64,000 nucleotides of DNA from Trichoplax sp. H2 (lineage: Eukaryota), in contig NOWV01000208.1 of the NCBI GenBank assembly GCA_003344405.1, forward strand, positions 1 through 64,000, read 5' to 3'. The translations under genes were made by a program, and so were the position numbers. Below are positions 27,563 to 41,270 of the stretch, piece by piece. Position 1 is the stretch's first letter. Every line of letters starts with the position of its first letter. Under the pieces are notes generated by a model that ran no database searches, had not been told where the DNA came from, and was given only the letters and a program-made list of their open reading frames with translations.

Positions 27563-29196
27563 TGTGATGAAATGAAATAAGTAGAAATCAAGCTACTAAA
27601 TTTCTATCATACTTTCATTCTACTTTCTTTACAGTCTGGTCGACTTAACCAAACTTTCACAACAAATAAAATTGGTGAAACAACCGATCAATAATTTATT
27701 GAGAAAACGTGAGAGAGTCTAATCAAACAACCTTCCAAATACTTAATTCTAAGTATTATAAGTAACGAAATCGAAAAAATGACAGAACTGAAACTGTCAA
27801 CAACCAAACAACTTAACAAAAACAAGAACGTTTTAACTTACCACAGCTCAACCACGAAGGCCTTTAAAATTTAACAAGTTCTTCAAAACAATCTTCTTTT
27901 ACTCTCTACTCTAAATTTTCTGATTGTACTATCGTTTATAGGCTTTGCAGAGCCCTCAGTGGTTCTCAAAACTAAATATTTATTAACCAATCACTCTTAA
28001 GATCTTTTTTACAAAACTACTTTGCACCAACTAAGAAAATAAAAATCATTCAAAGTTCACCCACAAATTACCTTGTGATTCCCGTACAAAATACTATAAA
28101 TGTTATGTTCTTCAATAATAAGTTCACTCCGTGAGTAAGATTGATAACCGCATTTTATTATTAGTTGATCGGTATTTATAGCTACACAAGGTTACACCTC
28201 GATACGATTACAGTTTATACTTCGCACTACAATTAGTAACTTATCAGTCCGCCTTTTACAACGTTATCACCTACTGTATTACAAGTACTACCATACAATC
28301 ATCATATACGTACATATATAGTGTTTCCTTTATTTATGCCTTTATGGTTAAGATATCGTATTTAATCTATTACGAACTATATATATGTTATACAACAATA
28401 AAACCATCAAACTAACTATAAAATACCTCAAGCTTCATTTCTAACTTAATTTCCACTCATTATAAATTACAAAAGTCTAAAAATTAACCTTTAAACATCA
28501 CGATTTAGTCGTAAAAATTACAGTCTAACTACTTAATAATCAACACAACCTCTGCCATTTGCCATCTTGTTTTCTATTTTTGTAACTAAACTTTCCTAAT
28601 ACGACCTATCATGTCACGTCATAAAATTCCAAAGTTTCAAATTCATAAAAAAGATTAAATTTCAAAAATCAACTCTTACAACCTTTTCCAGAAAAAATTA
28701 AAGCAGAAACATTAACATAATATCGGACATAAATCCGACCGGCTCCGGAATCCGAATCCGAAAAAAAAGGATTTTATAAAGATCACAGTAATCGCTTATC
28801 AAAAAATTTTATACGACTATTATGGCTACTTTTCTGACATTAGTATGTTTCTGCGTGAAGTTGTACGGTTACTGTACGATTATAGTCTACATCACTGTAC
28901 TTTACTGTCATGCTATATATCCCCTTTCTCTATGGATAGGGTTTTCTTGCTAACTCAAATTGATCAATAATATCAATAGACTATGAAACGCCATTTCTTT
29001 AGATTAGGCGATTGCTCTTGGGTTATTTCTATAGTAGTCTATATAATACTTTATAAATTAATGAAGAAGAAAAGATGGCGACATCTTGATTTGGCAGGGT
29101 AAAGCTAAAGATACTATGACTTTCTAGGGATTTTGTATGGTAAATTAAAATAGTGACATACTAAAAGCTATAAAGGACTCTACTTTTAGTCCTTTA
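27563..29196 (+). repeat. Long non-coding dispersed repeat, copy 1
   Basis: Aligns by eye in reverse complement to 37157-38513; about 28100-28400 is absent from copy 2; ends in hairpin TAAAGGACT-N8-AGTCCTTTA. Confidence 0.88.
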
Positions 29197-29291
29197 TTTA
29201 CAGTACAATAAATTTTTTCGACCATTTTAAGGTCATACTCTCGATTATTACATACTTAGGACTCAAACAACACCTGCAGCATGTAGGCTCT

Positions 29292-30044
29292 TGTGACAGT
29301 GTTATATACTGTGTTAGAGTAGAAATATCTATGTTAGGATAATTCTGTTAGCCTATCCTTATTTAGTTAACTTCTAATTTGGATATACTCTGTTTTAATA
29401 TAGCACTGACTTTTTATGATAGTGACACATATACACATACTGAAATTAATNNNNNNNNNNNNNNNNNNNNATAGCTAACAGTCTACAATCACAATACTAA
29501 GTTAAATTACACTCTTAAACAATGTTCTGATTTTAATACAATAGAAGCAAGATTTATCATAAACTAAGTAAAATCTGAATATACTACATTACAGACGGTA
29601 GCCTATCCTTATTTAGTTAACTTCTAATTTGGATATACTCTGTTTTAATATAGCACTGACTTTTTATGACAGTGATACATATATACATACTGAAATTAAT
29701 ACTTATAATAGGGAATGCAAATCATCGACTTACAGTTCGAATCATTGTGATTATAATTTACTTATGATAGATTGTAAATTATCGTGGAAATGTTCCGTGA
29801 TAGTTTGCAAAATGACCGATTTCGCATACGGTCACGTTCATATAGATGTAGTATGTCGTGTAATAAAGTAGATTCTCAAACTTAGTGTTTAACGTAAAAT
29901 ACGAGGCGTCTAAGTCTTTGTGTAGTCTGCTAGTAGAGCAAAAGTGTTTGTGATAGTGCAGATATCGTTCCTTGATACGTGGTTCAAGGAATTGACTTAT
30001 TAATCGTCTATTACGTTATCTTGTTGCAAAGCTGTTTTGTGACA
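29292..30044 (+). mobile_element. Family M LTR insertion spanning an assembly gap
   Basis: TGTGACA…TGTGACA ends; TSD GCTCT at 29287-29291 and 30045-30049. Part of the LTR is present twice (29292-29450 and from about 29599) around an N-gap, so the true internal content is unresolved. Confidence 0.85.
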
Positions 30045-31284
30045 GCTCTGCATTTAACTTCGTAAAATTTAAAATAAGCAAAGTTTAAGATTTTCCTTCG
30101 TTTCGTACTAGTGGATGAGATGAAGATTTTAATTACTAGTAGTCAAGAGATATATTTCAAATTATCTGGTTTCATAGCTTTTAGATAATTAATTAAAAGG
30201 TCAATATCGTAATAATAGCTATTGTATAGCTACTAATTATTCTGGCTAATTTGCATTTCACTATGAAGCTATATGAGAATTTACATGAAATTAAATCATT
30301 TAAGAGGATATCAGGTACGTTACGTAAAAGGATTATATTCAAATGGGGCATAAAGTTTTATAGAAAATACTTCATTTTAATTCTGTTTTAATGTGAAAAT
30401 TTTATATAGTAATTTACAATCCTGTATATCTGTGTTCGATGATACTTAGAAATATTTTTTAAATCTTATAAAGAAATCTAATTAAACTTAAAATTTTGCA
30501 GACAAATTACTAGGTAATTAAGGAGACAATTATTCTAACGTAAATAGTATAAACTACACGATACTATCAGGGATAATTATTCTGAAATAATAGACTTAAA
30601 AAATTTATATATGATATTTTAATGTACACCATAATGTTGGCAATAAAAAATCACAATTTTCGATGTTATATATATGAAATCCTACTGAAAACTTTTGTGG
30701 GAGCTAATTTAGGATTTAAGCAAACAGTTTAAAACAAACGTTATACATTTACATATATTAATATTAAAAGTGCCATTAATTCGATTCCAACTTTAATAAC
30801 AATCCATTGAAAGTAAATGTATAAATATGTTTGAAGCTTGGGATTTTAATCTATATCCTAATCATTTTTGGAAATGATACTATTTTTGAAAGATCGAAGT
30901 GTATTAAGGGCATGAAATTGATTTTTCGGTCAAGATATCAAATGTTCTCGTGGTGATTTGCAAATCTAACTATAAACACTATCATTATTTATGATCTTTC
31001 AATATGATAGGAACGTAAAAATTTTATTTTCAATACAGGACCTATTCCAGAAATAAGATAGGAGTAACTTTTAGTCTCAGAATGGGCATTTAAGATATGA
31101 ATGAATGAATGATCGCTTAATCTGTAAGTATAGCTAGTAAATATCAATATATCGGTGAAATGATTGATCGTGATAGATAACATGATGATCTTCATTGATT
31201 GGTGATCTGGTGATGATCATAATGATATTGATATTCCAAAAGTATTTCCTTTAAGTAATTCTTAATCAAATTATCTATGCTGAA

Positions 31285-32295
31285 CTATCTATGAAGAAGA
31301 ATTCTTGAATGTTTAGAGTTACAACATTGAAGTAATTCATTTCGGAATGGTCTGTTGCATATTAAATAAACGAAGGAATTTTGTATCCACGAAATTTGAG
31401 ATAACACTAGTGCTATAGCAAAGGCGAAACCAATATTGGGATTAGCATATTGCATGTAGGTAGTTAAAGATATGCCATGCACAGCAGCAATAAATATTAA
31501 AGTTACATGAGGTAAAGACGTTATCATATAAGTAACAGTGACAATAATCATCATGTTAATAATTTTAACTATACGCTTTCTAGAATGTTCCAAAGCTTGT
31601 CCTTGTATAGTAGTATTAGCAACTGTGGATCGTAAATAAGATATGATCTTAATGTACATGATAGTCATAACGCACAACGGCAGAATATAACTAATTGTAT
31701 AATATACGAGCAAGTAAATGGCTACATATCTTTGACTATGAGACATAAAGTCACAAACACGATATAAATTATTATGCATTGAAGTCAGGAAAAGATTTGG
31801 AAGACTAGAGACTAAAGCATAACTCCAGGTGACGATAATCGTCAATTTAATTTTACGGTTAGTGTTTAATGCATATTTTCGATTTAAACTAGCATTGCGG
31901 CAAATACTAAAATATCGATCAACACTAATGATTGCTAATGAGTGAGTCGAAACGGTAAAACCAACTTGTAGCATGTACCCATAGGCTTTGCAGCCAAATT
32001 CTAAGAATGCAGTATATGCTACATTATTTTCTACAATTATCATCGAGATAACATGTAATGCAACAGAAAAAAGAGCAACAACATCAGCTATAGACATGCT
32101 ACAGAGGAAAATATAAGTTGAAGCCTGAAATTGCTTGCAAGTGATAATGATGTAAGCAACAGCTCCATTGGATATTACTCCTATAATACATATTGATATC
32201 GTTAAATAGCCATCCAAGAATATTGTACCCATAAAAGTGTTATTTCGTGATGTCAGTGATGAATGATTTGAGGGATTGAAAGTTGTGTTTTCCAT
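31285..32295 (-). CDS. Intronless class A GPCR, subgroup A, 336 aa
   Basis: SIAD, GCK…ISVDRY, YILP, TSLPHV and QNSFVY; seven TM segments. Confidence 0.96.
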   Translation of the reverse strand: MENTTFNPSNHSSLTSRNNTFMGTIFLDGYLTISICIIGVISNGAVAYIIITCKQFQASTYIFLCSMSIADVVALFSVALHVISMIIVENNVAYTAFLEFGCKAYGYMLQVGFTVSTHSLAIISVDRYFSICRNASLNRKYALNTNRKIKLTIIVTWSYALVSSLPNLFLTSMHNNLYRVCDFMSHSQRYVAIYLLVYYTISYILPLCVMTIMYIKIISYLRSTVANTTIQGQALEHSRKRIVKIINMMIIVTVTYMITSLPHVTLIFIAAVHGISLTTYMQYANPNIGFAFAIALVLSQISWIQNSFVYLICNRPFRNELLQCCNSKHSRILLHR

Positions 32296-33284
32296 GTCTC
32301 AACGTCGTACGCTATTCGATATATCCAAACTTAAATTGATACTTTTACTTGGAGTTAAACATACGTATAAGCTGGAAATTTTACGACTTTGGGATTTAGT
32401 GAAAAGGAACAAGTTTGAGTAAAATTTGTTACTAGAAATGACTTAAGCTTGAGATTTGAAATATTGAAAATAAATGCAGTTGATTGTAAGAGGATTCAAA
32501 TCGATATGAAGCTGAAATGAAGTTTCTTTTCCTCCTAATAATTCTTCAAGTACAAATTTGATACTGTATATGGTATAAAAAGGAATACAGTTAAAAAACG
32601 GGAATTGCTAAAATATTCTGATATTGAAATAAGCTCAACTATATTTTACAGAATCGTTTCGGATATTGGCAATGTCTAGGACTTAACTTTGAATCTGACC
32701 GATAAAGTAACTGAAAAATCAAGAAAAATCGTTTTGGATTAGTGACTAATAATTAAAATTTAATATGTAATTCCGATCAATGATTCTGCTTAGAAGAATT
32801 ATTGTAAGATTAGAACATCTGTGTAAACGTATAGAGCAATTTTCAATGGAGGCTTTGTTATATGAATTAAAAGATTAAAGACTGAATCTTTTAGGTGAAT
32901 AGCGAGTAATTTATAAATTGTCTCAAATACGGTGAAAAGAATGATATATATTCTGCAAGGGTTTCAAATTCTATTTATGATCTATAATAGCAAGCGGATG
33001 AATAATTTATTTTCTTGGCATCTTTTGGAATTATAATTTAGTTGATTAAAAATATTTGCATACTCTTGTTTCATATCGGTATAAAGTTTCAAGGTTTGGT
33101 TAATATTGTGTTATAGAAAAATTTGTCAAGATAATTCACTACTGTATATACCTCACTAATGACTAACTAAGAAATTTATATCATTTACATTTCCTTTCAA
33201 AGACTTTCAAGTTGATTAGTATGTATAGGCGGGCATCGTTCTTTGTAATAGTTCGTACTAAATTTTGTCAGCAAGGTATGTACT

Positions 33285-34416
33285 TGTCACAACCCTTTCT
33301 TGTGACAAAGGAAACGTTTATTAACAAAGTAAATAATCTCTAGTATAACTATAATAACTCGTATTAATTCACCTAGTATCTCCAATTTCTATGTTAGTGA
33401 TATATAAGAACTCGATTTCTCAACTGAACTCCACACATAATTGAATATATTATATTATTCTTCACTATGCGAGTCTTACACCATTCTTGATCAGCTACTG
33501 ATTTATTCTACTAACATACGCGCTTAAATCGACTTCTACAATGAATTCCAGTGCTAACCAAAGAGAATTAAGTTAGCGTTATCACTATAATACATTACTG
33601 TGATAGTATTATGTACTGTATTGTAGAAATACCTATGTTAGGATAATTCTGTTAGCCTATCCTTATTTAGTTAACTTCAAATTTGGACATACTCTGTTTT
33701 AATATAGCACTGACTTTTTATGACAGTGATACTTATAAACATACTGAAATTAATAGTTATAGCAGGGAATGCAAATCATCGACTTACAGTTCGAATCATT
33801 GTGATTATAATTTACTTATGGTAGATTGTAAATTATCGTGGAAATGTTCCGTGATAGGACATATCGTAATCTGACTATTCTGTATTAGTCATCACATGTC
33901 TATTATCGTAAATACAGTTGTCTGCATTAATGGAGCAGTAGCTACAATTAATATCTAATTCAGTAAATGATTCTAATGTTAATTGTATTAACTATGACTC
34001 ATGAACTATTGAGGAATAGTATATAAATGCAGTATATCGTGTTATAAAATGGATTCTCAAACTTAGTGTTTAACGTAAAATACCAGGCGTCTAAGTCTTT
34101 GCGTAGTCTGCTAGTAGAGCAAAAGTGTTTCTGATAGTGCAAATATCGTTCCTTGATACGTGGTTCAAGAAATTAACTTATTGATCGCATATTACGTTAT
34201 CTTGTTGCAAAGCTGTTTTGTGACAATTACTAAATATGTACACAGATATTCTCATCCTTAGATAGCTACAAGCTATCACACATGACATATAGCCTTATTT
34301 AGCTATTCATTAATTAACAGTTACTTATTTGGTAACGGCGCACCGTAACACTCACGCGATATATAGCCTAATTTAAGTATTCATTCATAGTTATTTGATA
34401 ACGGCGTACCGTGACA
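33285..34416 (-). mobile_element. Solo LTR, family K, interrupted by a family M LTR
   Basis: Both ends are reverse complements of the 24623-25210 ends; TSD GTACT/GAACT (one mismatch); terminal segment duplicated near 34349. Confidence 0.82.
33599..34225 (+). mobile_element. Solo LTR, family M, nested in K
   Basis: TGTGATA…TGTGACA ends; TSD ATTAC at 33594-33598 and 34226-34230; GTATATAAATGC TATA box. Confidence 0.93.
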
Positions 34417-37156
34417 GAACTGAGGTAAAAGAAATCGACTTACATAAATTCTAACACCGATTGCTGTACTGTATGTCAGTAATGATGATATTAATTTCAT
34501 GACTATGTATTGAATTAAGTTTATATCCAATTCAAACGATTAAGTATATAACTTGATAGTAGGTAAGTCTTTGTATGTCTTTATCTTTTCATTGCATTCT
34601 TTCGCTTGAATTGAAATAGGTGACCGGAGTAAGGTAAATGTAAAGGTTTAATATTTCAGTCCCTACACTTGATCCAAGGCTTTTGTTAGATTCAATCGTT
34701 TCAAATTCATCTTTAATGTTTTACAATTAATCTAGAAAGCAAATACAAATACTAATTATAATTAAGACCGGTAAAGCAGGAGTCAAGATACATTTTAGAA
34801 ATTACGGATCTGTCTGTTATTGCAAACCGAATAAATTAATCTAAGGGAATTTTGACCATTAATAACTACTCAAAAATAACTTTTGTCCTGCAAAGAGAAG
34901 TGAGAAGTTTTCCTTTTTTTTTTTAAAAACAAGGTTTTGAGTAATTCTTGTTATGATTTCTCAACAACTTGAAATTTTGCTCGTATTATAATTTATCGAT
35001 TTCTAGGAAATTTAAAGGATATTATAGAAGTGATTGAGACATTAAAACTTTAAAATAATCACGCGTAAAGATATTAATAGTCTTTTAATTTTCTTTGATA
35101 CCTATAATTTAAACTCCTCTCACTTTGTTGTTCACACTGTGCTGATTCTGAAAGTATTAATTATAGTAATAAATCTGAATTTCCTCGTAAGTTGTTGACC
35201 ACTATTAGCTACAGTATGATACTGCATATTACAGTAACGTAAAATTTTCATCCCGGAAGACAATGTATCTCGTATACCATAATTGTACGAACACGTACAA
35301 TTAAGAAAAGTTTACTCCGTTATGGAAATTTTTATATCTTGAAATTAATTAGCTAAGCTTAAATTTTGATAGCAGCAATAGGCTACTTAATACATTTCTT
35401 GATAAGCTTTGAATTAAATTACTTAATCCATTTATGAAAACTAATGCTAAATAAATTATAAAGTGAACTTCCGCATTGCCTTCTAGCGTATCAATCTTGC
35501 TGCTTATTACTATGTGTCGTTATATTCGTTAATAAATTAAGGAATATCTGTATATTTCCATCGAATTATCTCATCTTAGATCAGTAGGTTATGCGTATGA
35601 AAGATAAATTTAATACTCTACAATATTTCCATGGTCAATGCAATTCCACTTATGCACTACTATATCTAGACCTTATTCAAGATTTTATTTCTTACGTAAT
35701 TCTTTTATACTACTAATTTTGCTTATTCAATAGAAGCCATCAATAAGAAATATTATTAAAGTTGTTATCCTTGTATACCCATATATATATGATATGATAG
35801 TGTCATATTAATTGCTCTGCTCAAGTTAATTTAGAGAAAAATTTTTGTTGCAATATTTTTTCACTAATTCAGTAAATTAATATAGTCTAATATCTACTCT
35901 ATTTAGAACGGTTGTGTTACTTTAATTTGCACAATTTTTTTAGTACTCTAATACTAATTATCTTATCTGAATTATCTTATTCAGTTTACTCGTATATGTT
36001 TATAAAGTTTTCTTGGCTTATCTATTCCAATAGTAAAGGCTTCGGTCAAAATTTTGAGGTAACGTAGAATTTCAAGATTGTTATGCAACTATAAAAGTAC
36101 AAGATAGAGTCTTCTAAAGCATAAGAATTTAAGAGATTTCTCTATAAGACTTGGACGAATCTAAATCTCTCCAAAAATTTTGTAACGTTTCAAAAAGTAG
36201 AGTTTCAATAAAACTGTTATAGCTTAATTAATAAAATAAATAAATTTTAAAGGTACTACAGATAATAAAATTTCTGATTTAATGCTTTATAAAGTCAAAA
36301 TAGAAATTTATCTACTCAATTTATGCTGCTCTAGTAAAACTAACTTCATGTCTCATAATTCGACATTATTCTGAGTTTTTCTTTTAGCAAATTACTTAAG
36401 CTTTAAGGCACTAACATTATACGTTTTAATCCCGTATCATTATGGCTTATCCTATACGATGTATTACTGATATGTTAGATCCGTTTGTAGTGCAATACAA
36501 ATATGCTTGTCTAAGTGTTTCTACTCATTAAATCAATTTGAATTCCTTTATCCAATAATACGCACTTAAATTAGTTTAAATGGTAGCGGTATAGCGATGT
36601 TTCAGTCAAATACTACTAAGGAACAGCTTTATAATATTTTTGCTTTATATCCTGGCACGTATGAGCTGCTTCGAATGCACAATATGGAGCCTGCTAGATT
36701 AATATTATAATCATCTTGATTTTGAATTTATCTAACACTCAATGATGGTAAAATCTAATTAAGAATAATTAATACGGTGGGAACTTTGAAAACTTTTCAT
36801 GATCATATTTAATCTACAACGTTGAGAATTTGGATCAACAAGAACAGTTACTGTCGCAGATTCAAATTTCGTAGACAATTGATTATGAAATAGCTATTCT
36901 ATCATCGTTCTTATTTCTTCTTGTCTGAAACCTGCTATTGTAAGAAATTTTTCTTATTTGTCAGAGCTTACTGTAATATTATCTAGTATTTGAATCATTT
37001 GTGAATCGGTAATAAATGTATTATAAAATTCTTTGTATGCTCTATATGCTAAGTAGAGTTACTAAAGCAAGTTTATTACAGGTAATAAATAGCAAAAACT
37101 ATTTGAGTAGCTCCTGTTCAATAGTTCTAGAATGTATTTATAATAACTATGTGTAG

Positions 37157-38513
37157 TAAAGGACTAAAAGTAGAGTCCTTTGTAGCTTTTAGTATGAACC
37201 TAGTATTATTTTACTATAGAAAATACCTACAAAGTGATAGTGTCTTTAAGTAAGTTTTACCCTGCCAAATCATCATGTCGCCATCTTTTCTTCTTCATTA
37301 CTTTACAAGGTATTATATAGATTACTATAGAAGTAGCCCTAGAGTAATTGCCTAATCTAAAGAAAGGGCATTTGATCGTCTATTCAAATTGTAAAGGAAT
37401 TTGACTTAGTAACAAAACCTTATCCTTAGAGAAAGGGGATTTATAACATGACGGTAAAGTACAGTAATGTAGTCTATAATTGTACTGTTACCGTACAATC
37501 TGACGCTAAAATATCAAGTGTCAATATTCAGCGATACTAATGTCAGAAAAGTAGTCGTAATAGTCGTATAAAATTTTTGAAGAAAAGATTACTGTGATCT
37601 TTATAAAATCCGGATTTTTCGGATTCGGATTCTGGAACCGGTCGGATTTATATCCGATATAATTTTCCTGTTTTAATTTTTGGATTTTAGTTTATGAAAA
37701 ATATCGTAAGAGTTGATTTTTGAAATTTCAAATTTTTGTTATGAATTTGAAACTTTGGAATTTTATGACGTGACTTGAAAGTCACATTAGGAATGTTTAG
37801 TGAGGAAAACAGAAAATAAGATGGAAATTGGCAGAGGTTGCGTTGATTGTTAAGTAGTTGGACTGTTGTTTTCAGTACTAAATCTTGATGCTTAAAGGTT
37901 GATTTTTAGACTTTTATAGTGCATTAATGATAGAAATTAAGTTAGAAGTGAAGTTTGATATATTTTCATAGTTAACTTGTTAATGTTATAGTGTTTTGTA
38001 AGGGAATCATAGGGTAAATTGTGTCTGAACTTTGAATGATTTTTGTTTTCTTAAATGGTGCAAAGTAGTTTCTAAAACGGATCTTGAGAGCGATTGGTTA
38101 GCGAATGGTTAGTTTTAAATACCTCTGACGGCTCTACGAAGCCTATAAATGATAGTGCAATTATAAAATTTAGGGGGAGAGTAAAAGAAGATTCTTTTGA
38201 AGAACTTGTAGAATTTAAAAGGCCTTCGGGGTCGAATTGTCGTAAGTTAAAACGTTTTTCTTTTTAAAAGGTTGTTTGGTCGTTGACAGTTTTTAAGTCA
38301 GTCACTCATTTTATTAATACTTAAAGTTAAGTATTTGTAAGGTTGCTGGGTTTATACTTCTCTCCATTTTTGTTTTGAAATAAATTGTAGTTCGATTATT
38401 TCCCCAATTTTTATTTGGTGTCAAAGTTTTGTTAAGTCGACCGGAGTGCAACGAAAGTAGAATGAAAGTTTGTTAAAGTTTTGTAACTTGATCTCTACTT
38501 TCATTTCATCACA
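37157..38513 (-). repeat. Long non-coding dispersed repeat, copy 2 (inverted relative to copy 1)
   Basis: Shared blocks with copy 1 include TCGGATTCGGATT, GTTAAGTCGACC and TAAAGGACTAAAAGTAGAGTCCTTT. Confidence 0.88.
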
Positions 38514-38589
38514 TATAAATTATCGCTTTCAATGTTAAAATTAACATGAACATATCCCGTGTACTCGTATAAATGCATATATATATATG

Positions 38590-39028
38590 TATCACTATCA
38601 TAAAAAGTCAGTGCTATATTAAAACAGAGTATATCCAAATTAGAAGTTAACTAAATAAGGATAGGCTAACAGAATTATCCTAACATAGATATTTCTACTC
38701 TAACACAGTATATAACACTGTNNNNNNNNNNNNNNNNNNNNGTCACTCATTTTATTAATACTTAAAGTTAAGTATTTGTAAGGTTGTTGGGTTTATACTT
38801 CTCTCCATTTTTGTTTTGAAATAAATTGTTGTTCGATTGTTTCCCCAAATTTTATTTGGTGTCAAAGTTTCGTTAAGTCGACCGGAGTGCAACGAAAGTA
38901 GAATGAAATTTTGCTAAAGTTTTGTAGCTTGATCTCTACTTTCATTTCATTACATATAAATTATCACTTTCAATGTTAAAATTAACATGAACATATCCCG
39001 TGTACTCGTATAAATGCATATATATATA
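38590..39028. other. Gap-flanking redundancy: family M fragment (38590-38721, minus) and near-identical re-copy of about 38301-38588
   Basis: Sequence after the N-run repeats 38301-38588 with a few SNPs; the M fragment joins at a (TA)n run. Confidence 0.75.
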
Positions 39029-39850
39029 CTGGCGGATTTAACGTCTGGACAATAGTACGTTACAATATCTTTTGCTTATATCATGCAAAAGTAGGTTTAT
39101 TGAAAGCTTCAATTTTATTTTAAAAAGTCATTTAGTAATGAATAAATCGCACATTATAACTTTAAAAGTTCTGCAAGAAGACATGTACCCGCTGTTTACT
39201 AGATATAAACTTTACGTAGTATTGTTCTCTGTAAAAATTAACGTTACCATATACATACACTTTAGTTTACAAACCCTCATTTTATTATTCTTGTTTTATG
39301 TAATTTTATATATTATTTAATATTTACGAGTTATAATTTTTTAATGCAGTGTAAGCGAAAATATTTGCTATTGTTGCATATGCATATACTATTAATGCTA
39401 TACTAAAAAATTTCAAAATATGGTAAATTGAAGAAAATACCTTATGTTAAAAATTAATGTGTTCATTTCATGAGCACTAAATCTTTTGTTTAAAATTTAT
39501 AAATTAAAAATTAAGAAGTATCAGCACATGCAGTACTCAAAGTATAACGAGTGCGTATTCCTATAACTATAATTGTAGCGATTGATGATCAAGTAAATTT
39601 GCATCTTTTATGCTTCGTAGTATTTTGTTTATGACTCATTATTTTTTGCTGTACAACTGTAATGTGAAAAAGTTTGCCATTAAACACTAGAGATACATTA
39701 TTATTTATTTAACTAATTCTTAAGTACTACGATAATGTACATGATATTTTATTTTTTTGTGATAGAGGATTCGATTAGTCGACAAAGACGAAGTATTTGC
39801 AACTCAGAGATTGATATAAGTACGGATAATTAGGGAATGAATCGTTTATT

Positions 39851-40446
39851 TGTAAGCTACAAATCCTGGAATAATGTACTAATTATTGTAGCCTTTAAAG
39901 CGGCGAGTAAGCTGGTATGAAGCAGAATAAGAAGTACTAACCAGGTAACTACTACAGCGGATGAGATATGAAGCAAAATTGGCAATGCTCTCAGCTTTAG
40001 AGATAAAATGCTTACGGAGAGTAAGATAATAAAATTAAAGAGTACTCATATTATGTGCTCGCTATAACTACTCTTGCGACTCAAGAAAACAACGTAGTAC
40101 TTACAATAAACTTTACTTTAATCCGCAGAACTACTTCTCTAGCCTAAGATATTGTAGCTGAAATCCTTGCTAAGTACTAACTCGCTCAACACAATATACA
40201 ATATAAAGCTATCCCGCAACTTAGCTTCAACCTGGACCACCTTTTATTGATCTCAGTCCTTCTTATATACTCTATTAGTTATTATAAACCTATTTACTGT
40301 GCTACGAACATATTTCAAAAACAAACATGTTATTACCATTGAATTATCCAATGCGGACATTCGAGGTAATAACCAATTTCAAACGAAAACCTACTCCGAC
40401 TGTAAGCCCTATCAAGCCCCTATAATCTTGATACACATTTGTAACA
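39851..40446 (-). mobile_element. Probable solo LTR, ends uncertain
   Basis: Minus-strand TATATAA followed closely by AATAAA (about 40242-40270); TGTAAG…GTAACA ends with a possible 4-bp TSD TATT. Confidence 0.4.
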
Positions 40447-41270
40447 TATTACTATATCATCATAATATCATAAAGTAACTTAGGTCATCACTAACAATAA
40501 CAATTTCTAAAGTGGTAGCTTATACTCCTATAAAGTTCAAAATAAAATGTTCTTATAAACTACATTTTCATATCTAAGTTATTCTGATGATTGTAACAGT
40601 GCTGTAGTCTATGCAATTTAAAATGAAGAATCAAAATTGGTTAAGACTGTAAATGCATCAGAATACTGCAAGTCAACGTGACTATCCATATACCGTTGTC
40701 TAAATTATAGGAGATTGTAAACAGTATCTATATTTAGTTAAGAAGAACCTAAAATCTTTTAATTTGATAAACAGTTAGATTTAGAGACTGCTGGTAAGCA
40801 CTTATTACATTACGATTTTAACTCATTTTAGGTAAAAGATACCGAAATGTTATTTGCCTGTCTACTTATCGACGCGGCCATAACTACCGTATTGCATAAC
40901 GCTATAAAAGCGACCGTAAGATCAAATTGGTGATTTCAGCGCTAAATACTGATGAAAAACGGCTTGTTAGTATGATTATTGCTGTGTTTTATGATCGTTC
41001 TATCTCTTTAAGGTATAAACATGACCAAGTACTTCAGTATCGAAGCGGGAATAATTTATGACATAGTCGAAATTGTAAAGGAGGAGTGCGCATATCAATG
41101 AAACTGACTATAAATCCTGCAGAGTATGATCCGTGTACCAGCATACAGGAGCAGTTGAAATAATGCAAATCTAATTGTAGATTCTCCCTTGATATCTTCA
41201 TCCTTGTAAAAGCTAGCTACTATGGCCATGTAATGATACATATAGATCACTATCGCTAGTTAATACTACA

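Noticed and set aside
36790..37060. Minus-strand LTIAGFRQEEIRTMIE resembling a NACHT segment
   Set aside because: Flanked by stops, no Walker A/B seen; too little to call.
38590..38721. Real M insertion at the end of the long repeat
   Set aside because: Joins mid-LTR at a (TA)n run beside a gap, nearly matches the 29292 copy, and has no TSD; likely a misjoin.
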